NCBI GenBank assembly: GCA_905235675.1
Contig: CAJONC010000008.1
Coordinates: forward strand, 10,299 to 74,298
Reading direction: 5' to 3'
From: an uncultured Bacteroidales bacterium
Lineage (GTDB): Bacteria; Bacteroidota; Bacteroidia; Bacteroidales; UBA932
Length of the DNA stretch: 64,000 nucleotides
The translations under genes were made by a program, and so were the position numbers. The notes beneath the pieces were generated by a model, which did no database searches, was not told where the DNA came from, and worked only from the letters and a program-made list of their open reading frames with translations. Positions 29,066 to 38,757 of this stretch are shown here, in pieces; position 1 is the stretch's first letter, and every line of letters starts with the position of its first letter.

Positions 29066-30634
29066 ATGAGAAAAGTAATAGTAATACTGCTTGGAATACT
29101 GATTGTTTCCTGCACGGTTGACATTCAACCGGAGACAGAAAACAAAACTGTCACGATATGCGTAGGTTTGCCGGAAAACCTGACGGTAAAGTCCGTGCTT
29201 GGGGAAAAAAGTGCAGGAGAGTATCCGGTGCTATGGAACGAAGGCGATGCGATTCTTGTAAACGGAGTCGCCTCCAATCCGCTCAGCGCTTCTGAAGCAG
29301 GTGCTGCACAGGCTGAGTTTACTCTGCCATCCGGCATTATGCCTCCATACAACATAGTGTATGCAGGGTTCGAAGGTGAGGATGATCTTGTCTCCATCCC
29401 ATTCAGACAGGAAATAACCAGTTCCGGTAGTTTTGGTGATGATGTAGCACCAATGTGGGCAGTATCGGCAGACGGAGGGCCTTGTACGCTTGAACACCTT
29501 GCCGCTATCCTTTATGTTCCCGTAAATGGCAGTGGTACTGTAGCCCATATCAGAGTAAGTGCTGCAGGCGGAGAAACCATTGCCGGGGAATTCCTGCTTT
29601 CCAAAACTACCGGGAAGTTAAACGGAAGCATATCAAACATAAGGAGCCTTTCTGAGATATACCTTGTGACTTCCTCCGGAGTCGACCTCTCTGGTAGTGA
29701 CTATGTTTTTGTGGCGGCCGTTGCTCCGGGATGCTACTCTGAAGGCATTGATGTGCAGATTGTTACAACGGAAGGCCAAGTTATGCATATCAGTGCGTTG
29801 CGGGGGGAGTCCCTTGCCGCAGGAACTGTTTATGAGTTCCCTTCCAGTACTTTTTCTGCCGATGAAACGCTGTCCTGGGTCATTTCCTCCGAAAGCGATC
29901 TGGCTGCCTGGAGAAGCGCCCTTGATTCTTCCGATGAACTCGCGCTCTACGGCAGGGTAAGTCTCGCTGCCGATATCGACTTGTCCGAAGAGACTTGGAC
30001 TACACCGTTCAACGTTTACAACGGGACCCTTGACGGCTGCGGGCATAAGATAAGCGGGCTGTCCTGCCCCCTTTTCAACGTCCTGCACGGCTGCATCCTC
30101 AATCTTTCCATAGAAGGTAGTATTACAAGCATTCCGGACAACAGTTCTGCCGGACTGTTTGCACAGAGGATTAACACCAACGGCAATTACATCCCATGCA
30201 TAAGAAATTGCTTGGCGGAAGGCACCATTGACATTGCAGCAAATACAAGTGCTGCAACGGCTAATGCCGGAGGTATTGTGGGCTCGATGGAAAATGGAAG
30301 CATTGACGGTTGCAGGAGCGCAGTCTCGATTTCTGTTGCCGGGGTTACCGGAAAGGAGAAGATTCTTAATGCCGGAGGAATTGCAGGGAGTATGAGTTCG
30401 TCAGAAATAATCCAAAACTGCATTTCCCTGGCAAGTGTGAACGTCTCAGGAGTGGCTACTACTGTGAATGCAGGCGGTATTGTAGGATTGACAGATTCCC
30501 CCGTCGCCGGATGCATCAACCTCGGACGCATCCGCCAGGAAGCCACCGCATCTGCTTCCTCCAACAAAGGGGCGATTGCCGGTAAAACAAGCAGCAGTAT
30601 TGGCGGGTGCCTTTTCAGAGGTAACGTAATGTAA
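29066..30634 (+). CDS. lipoprotein: fimbrillin-like N-terminal domain plus GLUG-motif repeat C-terminal domain
   Basis: 522 aa, lipobox LIVSC. The C-terminus has repeated NAGGIVG / NAGGIAG / GAIAG (GLUG-like) units. Confidence 0.6.
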   Translation: MRKVIVILLGILIVSCTVDIQPETENKTVTICVGLPENLTVKSVLGEKSAGEYPVLWNEGDAILVNGVASNPLSASEAGAAQAEFTLPSGIMPPYNIVYAGFEGEDDLVSIPFRQEITSSGSFGDDVAPMWAVSADGGPCTLEHLAAILYVPVNGSGTVAHIRVSAAGGETIAGEFLLSKTTGKLNGSISNIRSLSEIYLVTSSGVDLSGSDYVFVAAVAPGCYSEGIDVQIVTTEGQVMHISALRGESLAAGTVYEFPSSTFSADETLSWVISSESDLAAWRSALDSSDELALYGRVSLAADIDLSEETWTTPFNVYNGTLDGCGHKISGLSCPLFNVLHGCILNLSIEGSITSIPDNSSAGLFAQRINTNGNYIPCIRNCLAEGTIDIAANTSAATANAGGIVGSMENGSIDGCRSAVSISVAGVTGKEKILNAGGIAGSMSSSEIIQNCISLASVNVSGVATTVNAGGIVGLTDSPVAGCINLGRIRQEATASASSNKGAIAGKTSSSIGGCLFRGNVM

Positions 30635-30635
30635 T

Positions 30636-32240
30636 ATGATGAAAAGACTGATTATAGTAATCGCAGTATTCGTGGTTTCCGTCCCTCTTTTCGCAAAAGG
30701 CGGAAAAACGGACTTCGCCTCTGTCCGTGCGCTCGCCGACAAAGGAGATCCGCGCGTAACCGACGTTCTTACGAACTATGTCTTTGCAGAGGACGTGACC
30801 GTGCTTCTGGAGACCGAGGTGAGGGAGAATCTGTATATTGAAGGATTTATAGTCGGCAGCCCCGCCATGTTTCCCAGAAATGAGAATCTTGAAATCGCAT
30901 GGCAATTAGGCTCAAAATCGGCTTCGCCAAAAAACAATGCACGAACCATGTATCTTGAAAGCCTTGATGGCAGATACGGGTTCAGGTTGTTCTTCGATAA
31001 TGCCGATGATGCAAAGAATGCCGGCAGGTTGTTTGGGATTCTTGAATTGAACCTGAAAGGAACGAAGTTGGTCAAAGAATATGACTATTATGTCATTACC
31101 GGTCTTACTTCCGATAATGTGATAGGTTACGAGAAGGGAACGGAAAGTGACATTCCGGCAAAGAAAAAGCACATTGCTGAACTTACGGACGATGATATTT
31201 TTACCTGGGTGGCGCTTCAGGACTGCGAGTTTGTGTTCAAGGGAGGCGCGTATATGAATGTACGCGAAACCTATCTTCCCAAGAGTAAGACAGGCCGTTA
31301 TACGGGCAATAACTGGATGAATAGTTGGAGGCGTCTGGTATATGATGCCAAAGGCAATTCTGTATATCTTGGCCTGGATGCTAAACTTTCCAACCGCCGT
31401 AATGGTGATGGAATACCTCAGGGATGCGGCGAAGTGGCAGGGGTTCTTACAAAGTCCTATATGCCGCGTTACGGGAAAGTCCGGGAATACACTCTGCGGC
31501 CTCCGTCCTTGGAGGAGGTGCGTTTTGCAAAAGGAGAGTCTTCGACATGGAAGACAATTGCCGGATGGGACTGGAATCGACCATCGGACGGTATTGTGCC
31601 TGCAGAGATCGGAAGAGGATTTATGACTACGGATTTTCAGGGCACCATAGGCCGTTTTTCGGATTGTGATAATCCTGTAATTGATCTGCCGGGAGAAAAA
31701 CCTGACACCCGAGGCACTTATGGCAGTGTAGAGAATGGAGCATTAAGTCTTAAAGGTCACACCTGCGATTGGTGGGATTGGACATCGGGAGAGCCCCGTT
31801 CGTTATCAATCGCTTTTTCGACAGCCGGTCTGCAGGGGGAGAGCATAGTATTCGCCTGGACTTTTGCAGCGGGACAGTACAGCCAGAAGACTTCATACGG
31901 ATATCCGCATAATTGGCAGGTCTCGTACTCTTTTGATGGAAAGAACTTCGTGACCATCCCGGAGTCTTTGGCAGAACTGCACAGTCTCCCTTATACTGCC
32001 GGGGAAGTCGATGGCAAATCATATGAAACATCTGCCGAGGCCGGAATCGGATACACTGAGCATCTTGTATGTATTCCTGCTTCTGCATTCGGCCGGCGCA
32101 AGGTGATTATACGTCTGTCTCCGGCGGACAGGACTGTCGCTGATATGGCTTACCTGCACAGGGACGTTCTTGAAGCAACGGAGGAGTCGCAATGGCCGTG
32201 TGTGGTAAATTTCGGAGAAATACAAGTAAGATACAGATAG
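30636..32240 (+). CDS. secreted hypothetical protein (possibly DUF5689 / choice-of-anchor-like)
   Basis: 534 aa with signal peptide MMKRLIIVIAVFVVSVPLFA and no catalytic motif that I recognise. The DUF assignment is a weak impression only. Confidence 0.4.
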   Translation: MMKRLIIVIAVFVVSVPLFAKGGKTDFASVRALADKGDPRVTDVLTNYVFAEDVTVLLETEVRENLYIEGFIVGSPAMFPRNENLEIAWQLGSKSASPKNNARTMYLESLDGRYGFRLFFDNADDAKNAGRLFGILELNLKGTKLVKEYDYYVITGLTSDNVIGYEKGTESDIPAKKKHIAELTDDDIFTWVALQDCEFVFKGGAYMNVRETYLPKSKTGRYTGNNWMNSWRRLVYDAKGNSVYLGLDAKLSNRRNGDGIPQGCGEVAGVLTKSYMPRYGKVREYTLRPPSLEEVRFAKGESSTWKTIAGWDWNRPSDGIVPAEIGRGFMTTDFQGTIGRFSDCDNPVIDLPGEKPDTRGTYGSVENGALSLKGHTCDWWDWTSGEPRSLSIAFSTAGLQGESIVFAWTFAAGQYSQKTSYGYPHNWQVSYSFDGKNFVTIPESLAELHSLPYTAGEVDGKSYETSAEAGIGYTEHLVCIPASAFGRRKVIIRLSPADRTVADMAYLHRDVLEATEESQWPCVVNFGEIQVRYR

Positions 32241-32243
32241 TTT

Positions 32244-33869
32244 ATGAGTTTACTGTCACTACTGTCTTCTGCCGTAATAGTAGCGGCATCGTCAATAACC
32301 CCTTGCAGGATAGAGTCTCCGCAAGTCGGGCTTGTCCTTGTTTCCGTTGAAGAAAAAACGCTTGACGGAGGCAGTACTGTCCGTACTTACAAGTATAATC
32401 TGGGCGATGGCATATTGAGGTTTGAAAAAGAGGAGGATTGCCGGAATATGGCCCGTCTCCCAAAGGGAGTGTGTGTGCCTCAGAAACTTGACACCCTTGT
32501 TTGTGCTCCAAGGATGTTCCATGGCCCGGATGGTGTCTTGAAAATGGCCGTGGCCGGTTTCAGGACAGGATTCTGTTATAGTCTGGAATCAACAGACGCC
32601 GGAGCATCCTGGAGCCTTCCCCGAAGGATGATACATAATCCTGACAAACCTTTCGATGTCTGCGATCTCCCGGGAGGAGATGTCCTTCTGGTAAAGAACT
32701 GCCGAATCGATGAAGTTGAGTTTACGAAGGATGACGAACTCTTTGCCTGCTGGTCGCACGATGGAGGGAATACCTGGTATAAAACACTGAAGATTTCAGG
32801 AGAAAAATTCATTGACAATCCGGTGTGCTGCTCCGATGCAGAGGGCAATGTTTATATTGCCTATAGGCATTATTATCAAAGAGAATGCGATATCAAATTG
32901 GTGCGGCTTGGCGCGGACGGCAGTCGCAGACGCATCCCTCTACTAAAAGCCAGGGATGCCGGCAGAGCATATATAGAAAGTGCCGGCCGTATACTTGAAC
33001 CAAAGAGCGAGTGGGTTGAAGACAAGTTGAGGATAGTTTCTTATAATACACTAAGGTCCAGTTTTACCGGAGGGCAGCCTTGGGTTCCTCGTTGCAAGAC
33101 TATTTGCGAACATATCGAAAAATGGGATCCGGATTTTATCGGAATGCAGGAAACATCCAAAGAGGATATTGCCGATCTTGACAGGACGCTGAGGAAAAAG
33201 TATGACTATATAGCGGTGACTCCGGAGATAATGGGGCCGGAGGTAAGCAGATTTCGTGCGACCAGCGAAATTCCGATATGGTGGCGCAAAGACAGGTTCA
33301 AACTTCTTCGCAAAGGATGGATAGAATTCAACATCATCAACGATGTAAAGTGTGGCGTGAATGTGAGCGATGAATCCTGGGGTAACGGCCAGGATGGCAA
33401 CAAGGCTGCAATCTGGGGGGTATTCCTGGACAAAAAGTCAGGAGAGGAGGTATGTGTCTTCAATCTGCACCTGCCTACCCGTACCGAGCCGTCGAAACTT
33501 GCAACTGCAAAGATGGTTGCAGAAAAAGTTCTGGAAGTATCGGATGGCAGACCTGTGTTCATTACAGGCGACTATAATATGGACGAGAAGGCATATACAT
33601 TCCAATATCTTCAGAATGATGTGGAGTATATACGTGATGCCGGACTTGCAGTTGCTCCTGAGCACCGCCGTAATTGGGAGTTCGCTTCTATGGGAGGAGA
33701 CAAACCTATGGAAAAGAAAACGAAGAACTCACTGCACATCGATCATATATTTTATACCCCGTCCAACTCGGAACCTTTAAGTTGGGAACTGGAAACATCT
33801 CATGGCTCCAACGGCTCTCACGGATCTGACCATCATCCTATTATGATTGAGTTCCGGTATGCTCGTTAA
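32244..33869 (+). CDS. fusion protein: BNR/Asp-box (sialidase-like) N-terminal region plus EEP-family C-terminal domain
   Basis: Asp-boxes SLESTDAGASW and SHDGGNTWY lie in the first ~265 aa. Then come the EEP motifs VSYNTL, IGMQET, TGDYNM, GSDHHPI. Confidence 0.75.
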   Translation: MSLLSLLSSAVIVAASSITPCRIESPQVGLVLVSVEEKTLDGGSTVRTYKYNLGDGILRFEKEEDCRNMARLPKGVCVPQKLDTLVCAPRMFHGPDGVLKMAVAGFRTGFCYSLESTDAGASWSLPRRMIHNPDKPFDVCDLPGGDVLLVKNCRIDEVEFTKDDELFACWSHDGGNTWYKTLKISGEKFIDNPVCCSDAEGNVYIAYRHYYQRECDIKLVRLGADGSRRRIPLLKARDAGRAYIESAGRILEPKSEWVEDKLRIVSYNTLRSSFTGGQPWVPRCKTICEHIEKWDPDFIGMQETSKEDIADLDRTLRKKYDYIAVTPEIMGPEVSRFRATSEIPIWWRKDRFKLLRKGWIEFNIINDVKCGVNVSDESWGNGQDGNKAAIWGVFLDKKSGEEVCVFNLHLPTRTEPSKLATAKMVAEKVLEVSDGRPVFITGDYNMDEKAYTFQYLQNDVEYIRDAGLAVAPEHRRNWEFASMGGDKPMEKKTKNSLHIDHIFYTPSNSEPLSWELETSHGSNGSHGSDHHPIMIEFRYAR

Positions 33870-34785
33870 CATTAAGTATATATTACCTCTGCTGATCTTG
33901 TTTTCCGGATGCGGGAAGACAGGTGATTCACCATCCTCCCCGGACAGTGAAGAAGAGGTGGAATACAAGGAAATCAGCGTAATGTCTTTCAATATCCTCG
34001 TGACTCACGCGGATGATGAAGGTGAGCAATTGTGGTCTGCAAGAATGCCCTCCTGCATAGAGATGATAAATGATGTGCAACCGGATATAATCGGCATTCA
34101 GGAATGCCGTCAGGCGCAATTTGAAGGGCTTGTCGCAGCATTGCCGGATTATGCGGCCGTCAATATTCCTGAAAGGCTGAAAAACTTCGGAACGTGTGTA
34201 TTCTACCGCAAAGATTGTTTCGATCGGTTCGGATCGGGTTATCTCTGGTTCAGTGATACTCCGTCAGTTCCTTCTCCGGCATACCCGCAGATATGCGACG
34301 ATCCGACTTACCGAACCTATATCTGGGCGGATTTGAGGCTTAAAGGAACGCAGAAAACACTGCGTATTTATAGTACTCATTTCCCCCGGAAATATACTAA
34401 TGACAATGCAGACGCCCGACATAAATGCGCGCAGGCTATGGTTGAACACGCAAAAAAGGAATGCGGAGACGATGCTACCGTATTTATTACCGGTGATATG
34501 AACTGCGCAATGTCAAATGAATCCGGAAGATACTGCCTGCTTCCATTTACCTCTTGGATGAAGTCGTCCAGGGAATCATTGCCCGACTCGAAGCGTGATG
34601 ATTATTATAGTATGAACAGTTTCGATGAAAGATCTCCCTTTTCCGGAGGAGAGAGGAGCATCGACCATATTTTCTACCGGGGTGCAGAGGCTCTCGCATA
34701 TCGTACTGTTGTGGAGCAGTATGGACTTGTGCGCTTTATGTCAGACCACTATCCGGTTTTAGGAAATTTTAACATAAGTTATTGA
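33859..34785 (+). CDS. EEP-family lipoprotein
   Basis: MLVNIKYILPLLILFSGC lipobox. EEP motifs MSFNIL, IGIQEC, TGDMNC, MSDHYPV. The track ORF starts at TTG 33847. Confidence 0.8.
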   Translation: MLVNIKYILPLLILFSGCGKTGDSPSSPDSEEEVEYKEISVMSFNILVTHADDEGEQLWSARMPSCIEMINDVQPDIIGIQECRQAQFEGLVAALPDYAAVNIPERLKNFGTCVFYRKDCFDRFGSGYLWFSDTPSVPSPAYPQICDDPTYRTYIWADLRLKGTQKTLRIYSTHFPRKYTNDNADARHKCAQAMVEHAKKECGDDATVFITGDMNCAMSNESGRYCLLPFTSWMKSSRESLPDSKRDDYYSMNSFDERSPFSGGERSIDHIFYRGAEALAYRTVVEQYGLVRFMSDHYPVLGNFNISY

Positions 34786-34786
34786 T

Positions 34787-35650
34787 ATGAAGAGGTTTAT
34801 TGCTATTCTGCTTTTTTCATTCCTGTTCTCTTTCTGTTCCAGCGCTCCGGCTGATGAGCAAAAGGTACAGAAGGCTGACATTGTTCGGGTTAGTGTCATA
34901 GGTGATTCCATATCCACTTTCGACGGGTGGATACCGAAGGGGTACAATTATCATTATCCATCAAGGGACGGCGCCCTGGTGAATGTCGCGGATACTTACT
35001 GGTATCGACTGATATACAAAAAGATGTCCAATGCGATGCTGGATAAAAACATATCGTTGTCTTCCAGTACCGTAACTAAGAATACCGAGGTGTCAAAAGA
35101 GAAGCATTATTATGGCAGGAGTTTTACGGAAAGATTTATCGCGCAGGATGGCGTCGGCAATCCGGATATTGTTATAATTCACGGAGGTACCAATGACCGA
35201 GGGCACAACGATTTTGAACTCTTTCCGGGTTCCGGGCCTTGCAAGACGGCCGCCTCTCCTATGGAGGGAGATTTGGATGAGGTGTTTGCCAGGGGAGATG
35301 CCGCAAGGACACGAAATGAGGTGGAAGCCCTTCCGGCAGACGATTTCTGCAGTGCGTATGTAAAACTGATCAGGTTGTTGCAGGAGAGAAATCCCAAAAT
35401 CAAGATTGTCTGCATAATAGGGGACTATATAACAGAAGGAGTGGAAGGCAGCATCCTGCAGGTGGCGGAACATTATGGTGCTAAGACGGTCAATCTGTTG
35501 AGAGTTAATGGTTTCAACGACCAAGTTTATATGCCCAAACACGATTGGAGTGAAAGCAACCCGAGCGGATGCCATCCCGGCATACAAGGAATGCATTTCA
35601 TTGCCGACAAGATTTATGATGAACTGGGGGTCTGGTTGGAATCGGAGTAA
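34787..35650 (+). CDS. SGNH/GDSL-family esterase
   Basis: Signal peptide. SGNH blocks VIGDSIS, GGTND and a C-terminal CHPG. Confidence 0.75.
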   Translation: MKRFIAILLFSFLFSFCSSAPADEQKVQKADIVRVSVIGDSISTFDGWIPKGYNYHYPSRDGALVNVADTYWYRLIYKKMSNAMLDKNISLSSSTVTKNTEVSKEKHYYGRSFTERFIAQDGVGNPDIVIIHGGTNDRGHNDFELFPGSGPCKTAASPMEGDLDEVFARGDAARTRNEVEALPADDFCSAYVKLIRLLQERNPKIKIVCIIGDYITEGVEGSILQVAEHYGAKTVNLLRVNGFNDQVYMPKHDWSESNPSGCHPGIQGMHFIADKIYDELGVWLESE

Positions 35651-35667
35651 TCACTAATTTGAAATCA

Positions 35668-38600
35668 ATGAGAATCAAAGCATTCCCTGCAGCCATTTTC
35701 ACCGCTGCCTTCTTATTGATTGTTTCTTGTGCAGGAAGACAGACTTCCGTGTCGGACAATCTGCGACAGTCTTTCGCAAATCCTCCCCAAAGTGCCCGGC
35801 CTATGGTATGGTGGCACTGGATGAACGGCAATATTTCTCCGGATGGATTAAGGAAAGACATTATGTGGATGCATCGCATCGGCATCGGCGGATTTCATAT
35901 CTTCGATGCCGGTTTGGATACTCCACAAATAACAGAAAGTCGCCTCGATTTTATGAGCCCCGAGTGGAAAGAAACTTTGAACGGTGCGGTTGCACTTGCC
36001 GACTCGCTCGGGATGGAGGTTGCGGTGGCAGCCTCTCCGGGATGGAGTTGCACCGGAGGCCCATGGGTGAGCGAAGAAGACGCTATGAAGAAACTGGTCT
36101 GGAGAAATATGCAGGTAGATGGAGGCAAGCATTATCACGGTCCGCTTCCCGAGCCATATACTATGAGCAGCAGATTCCAGAATGTCCCTCTGCCTTATGA
36201 ACACAATCATCATCAGGATGGCCCGATTCCGGAGTGGTATTACAAGGACATCGCTGTCTATGCTGTCAGATTGCCGTCATCTTTTGCATCTATGGAGGAA
36301 CTTGGGGCAAAGGTCAGCGACAATGGAGGCAATGGGCCATTCTACTGGATACAATATGAATTCCCGCAGCAGCAGAGTTTCAGGGCTGTATCTGTCGTGA
36401 ACGCAAAGGCGAGAAGCGGAGGGCACGCAATCCCGGCTAAATGCAAGGATTCTCTTCAGATCAGTGACGACGGACTCCATTTCCATACTTTGTGTGGCAT
36501 TACAGTCGGGGCGGCCCAGCAGCAGACAGAATGCATTCCCTATGCCGAGGCTCGCTTTTGGAGGCTCAAACGACCGAATTCCGGATATGCTGCAATCAAT
36601 CCGGAAGATTATATCCTGCATAAACATACACCCATAAATCACTATGAAGAGAAAGCCGGTTTCGCCTATACCTGCGACCTTATGAATTATCCGACACCTC
36701 CGGAGGCGGAAGCCTGTGAGGTGATCGATATTACCGCCAATTACAAGAATGGAATACTTGACTGGGACGCCCCTGAAGGCAGATGGATGATTTATCGTTT
36801 CGGTTGTTCGCTTACCGGCAAGAAGAACCATCCGGCATCTGCCGAAGCAACCGGTCTTGAGGTGGACAAACTGGATAAGACTGCCTTTGCCCGTTATCTG
36901 CACCACTACCTCGATATGTATAATGATGCGACCGGGGGAAGACTTGGTAAAACAGGTATACGATATCTGATGATTGACAGTTACGAATCCGGAGCCCAGA
37001 ACTGGACGTCCTCGCTTCCGGAAGAATTCAAGTTGAGAAGGGGGTATGATATGATGCCCTGGTTGCCTGCTGTCGCTGGTGTCGTCATCGGAGATACGGA
37101 GCAGACAGAACGATTCCTTTGGGATTTCCGTCGCACCATCGGAGAACTCTTTGCCGAGAACTACGATAATGCTACGGAGATAGTTCGGCAGGACTACGGT
37201 ATGGATGGCATCTTCATTGAGTCACACGAACACGGAAGAAACTGCCCGGCGGACGGAATGTCAATCAAGAAAAGTGCATCTTACCCGATGTCGGCAATGT
37301 GGATGGAGGGGAGTGGCGCTGTGAACCGTGTCGCTGAAGGTAAGGCGGATATACGGGAGTCTGCATCAGTAGCCCACATTTACGGGCAGAACCTTGTTGC
37401 AGCGGAATCTCTGACGATTTCCGGCCTTGGAGGAAAAGCATTTAGTTATTATCCCGGCAATTTGAAGCACGCGGCAGATTTGGAGATGGGTGCCGGGGTA
37501 AACCGTTTCGTCATACACGAAAGTGCACATCAGCCTTCGGACGATAAAGTGCCCGGAATAGGCCTCGGACATTACGGACAGTGGTTCAACAGGCACGAAA
37601 CGTGGGCTGAACTCGCCGGACCGTGGATTGACTACCTGAGCCGCAGTTGTGCACTTCTCCAGCAGGGCAGGTATGTCGCTGATTATCTCTATTACTATGG
37701 CGAGGATACCAATGTCACTGCACAGTTCAGCCAATCCGAACTCAAGGCCCCTTTCGGCTATGGGTACGATTTCATCGGGCCGGAGGCTCTGCTCAAAGAG
37801 TTGAAAGTCCGGCAGGGAAAACTGGTAACTTCTACCGGTATGGAGTATTCTACTCTATTTGTGGGAGGTGATGGCTTGAGAATGTCGAAAGAGGTGAGAG
37901 AACGTATCAACTCATTCAAAAAATCCGGGATAAGGGTATTGGAGGGGACAGAAGTGCATTATGTGAAGAAAACTATCGAACCCGACCTGATTCTTTCTGA
38001 CGCTGGTGATATGCAGTTTGTGCACAGGACTGCCCCGGATGCAGAGATATATTGGATATGCAATTCTATGGACTGCCTACGCACTCAGGAGGCATCTTTC
38101 CGGATCAGCGGACGAAAACCGCGCCTCTGGCATCCGGAAACGGGAACAATCAGCGACCTGCCTTATCGTTTTGCTGATGGCAGGACATATATTTCTTTGA
38201 AGTTCGCTGGGGATGAAGCGTATTTCGTTGTTTTCGAAGAACAGGTTAAGGACTCTTCCTTTGATGTTGCGGAAGAAGTCTTGATAGACAGTACTCCTGT
38301 CTGCGGTCCGTGGGAAGTGTCTTTCAACCTGAAGACGGGAGCCCCTGCGCATATCCTTATGCCTGAACTGTCATCATGGACCGAGTCTTCCAGCCCTGAA
38401 ATCAAATATTATTCCGGAACGGCCAAATATAGGAAGACTTTCAACTTCCGTCCCGACGGGGGCCGTTATGTTCTGAATCTTGGGAAGGTAGGCAGTATCG
38501 CTTGCGTGAATATGAATGGGCAAGACTTGGGCCAGTGTTGGAAATCTCCTTATGAGATGGATATCACCGGGGCTCTTCGCGCCGGGGAAAATACAATGGA

Positions 38601-38757
38601 GATATCAGTAACAAATCTATGGGTGAATCGTTTGATAGGAGATGCCGGCAGGAAAAACCGGAAGACATATTATTCGTATGATTTCTATAAAGCAGACGAC
38701 CCTCTGCTCCCTTCGGGCTTGATGGGGCCGGTCAGCATTGATAAATATGACCTTCAT
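35668..38757 (+). other. domain: GH106-like (alpha-L-rhamnosidase-like) glycoside hydrolase region (approximate bounds)
   Basis: PPQSARPMVWWHWMNGNISPDGLRKDIMWMHRIGIGGFHIFD at the N-terminus and NLWVNRLIGD...LPSGLMGPV at the end, as in the Bacteroidales GH106-like family. Recognised from memory. Confidence 0.5.
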
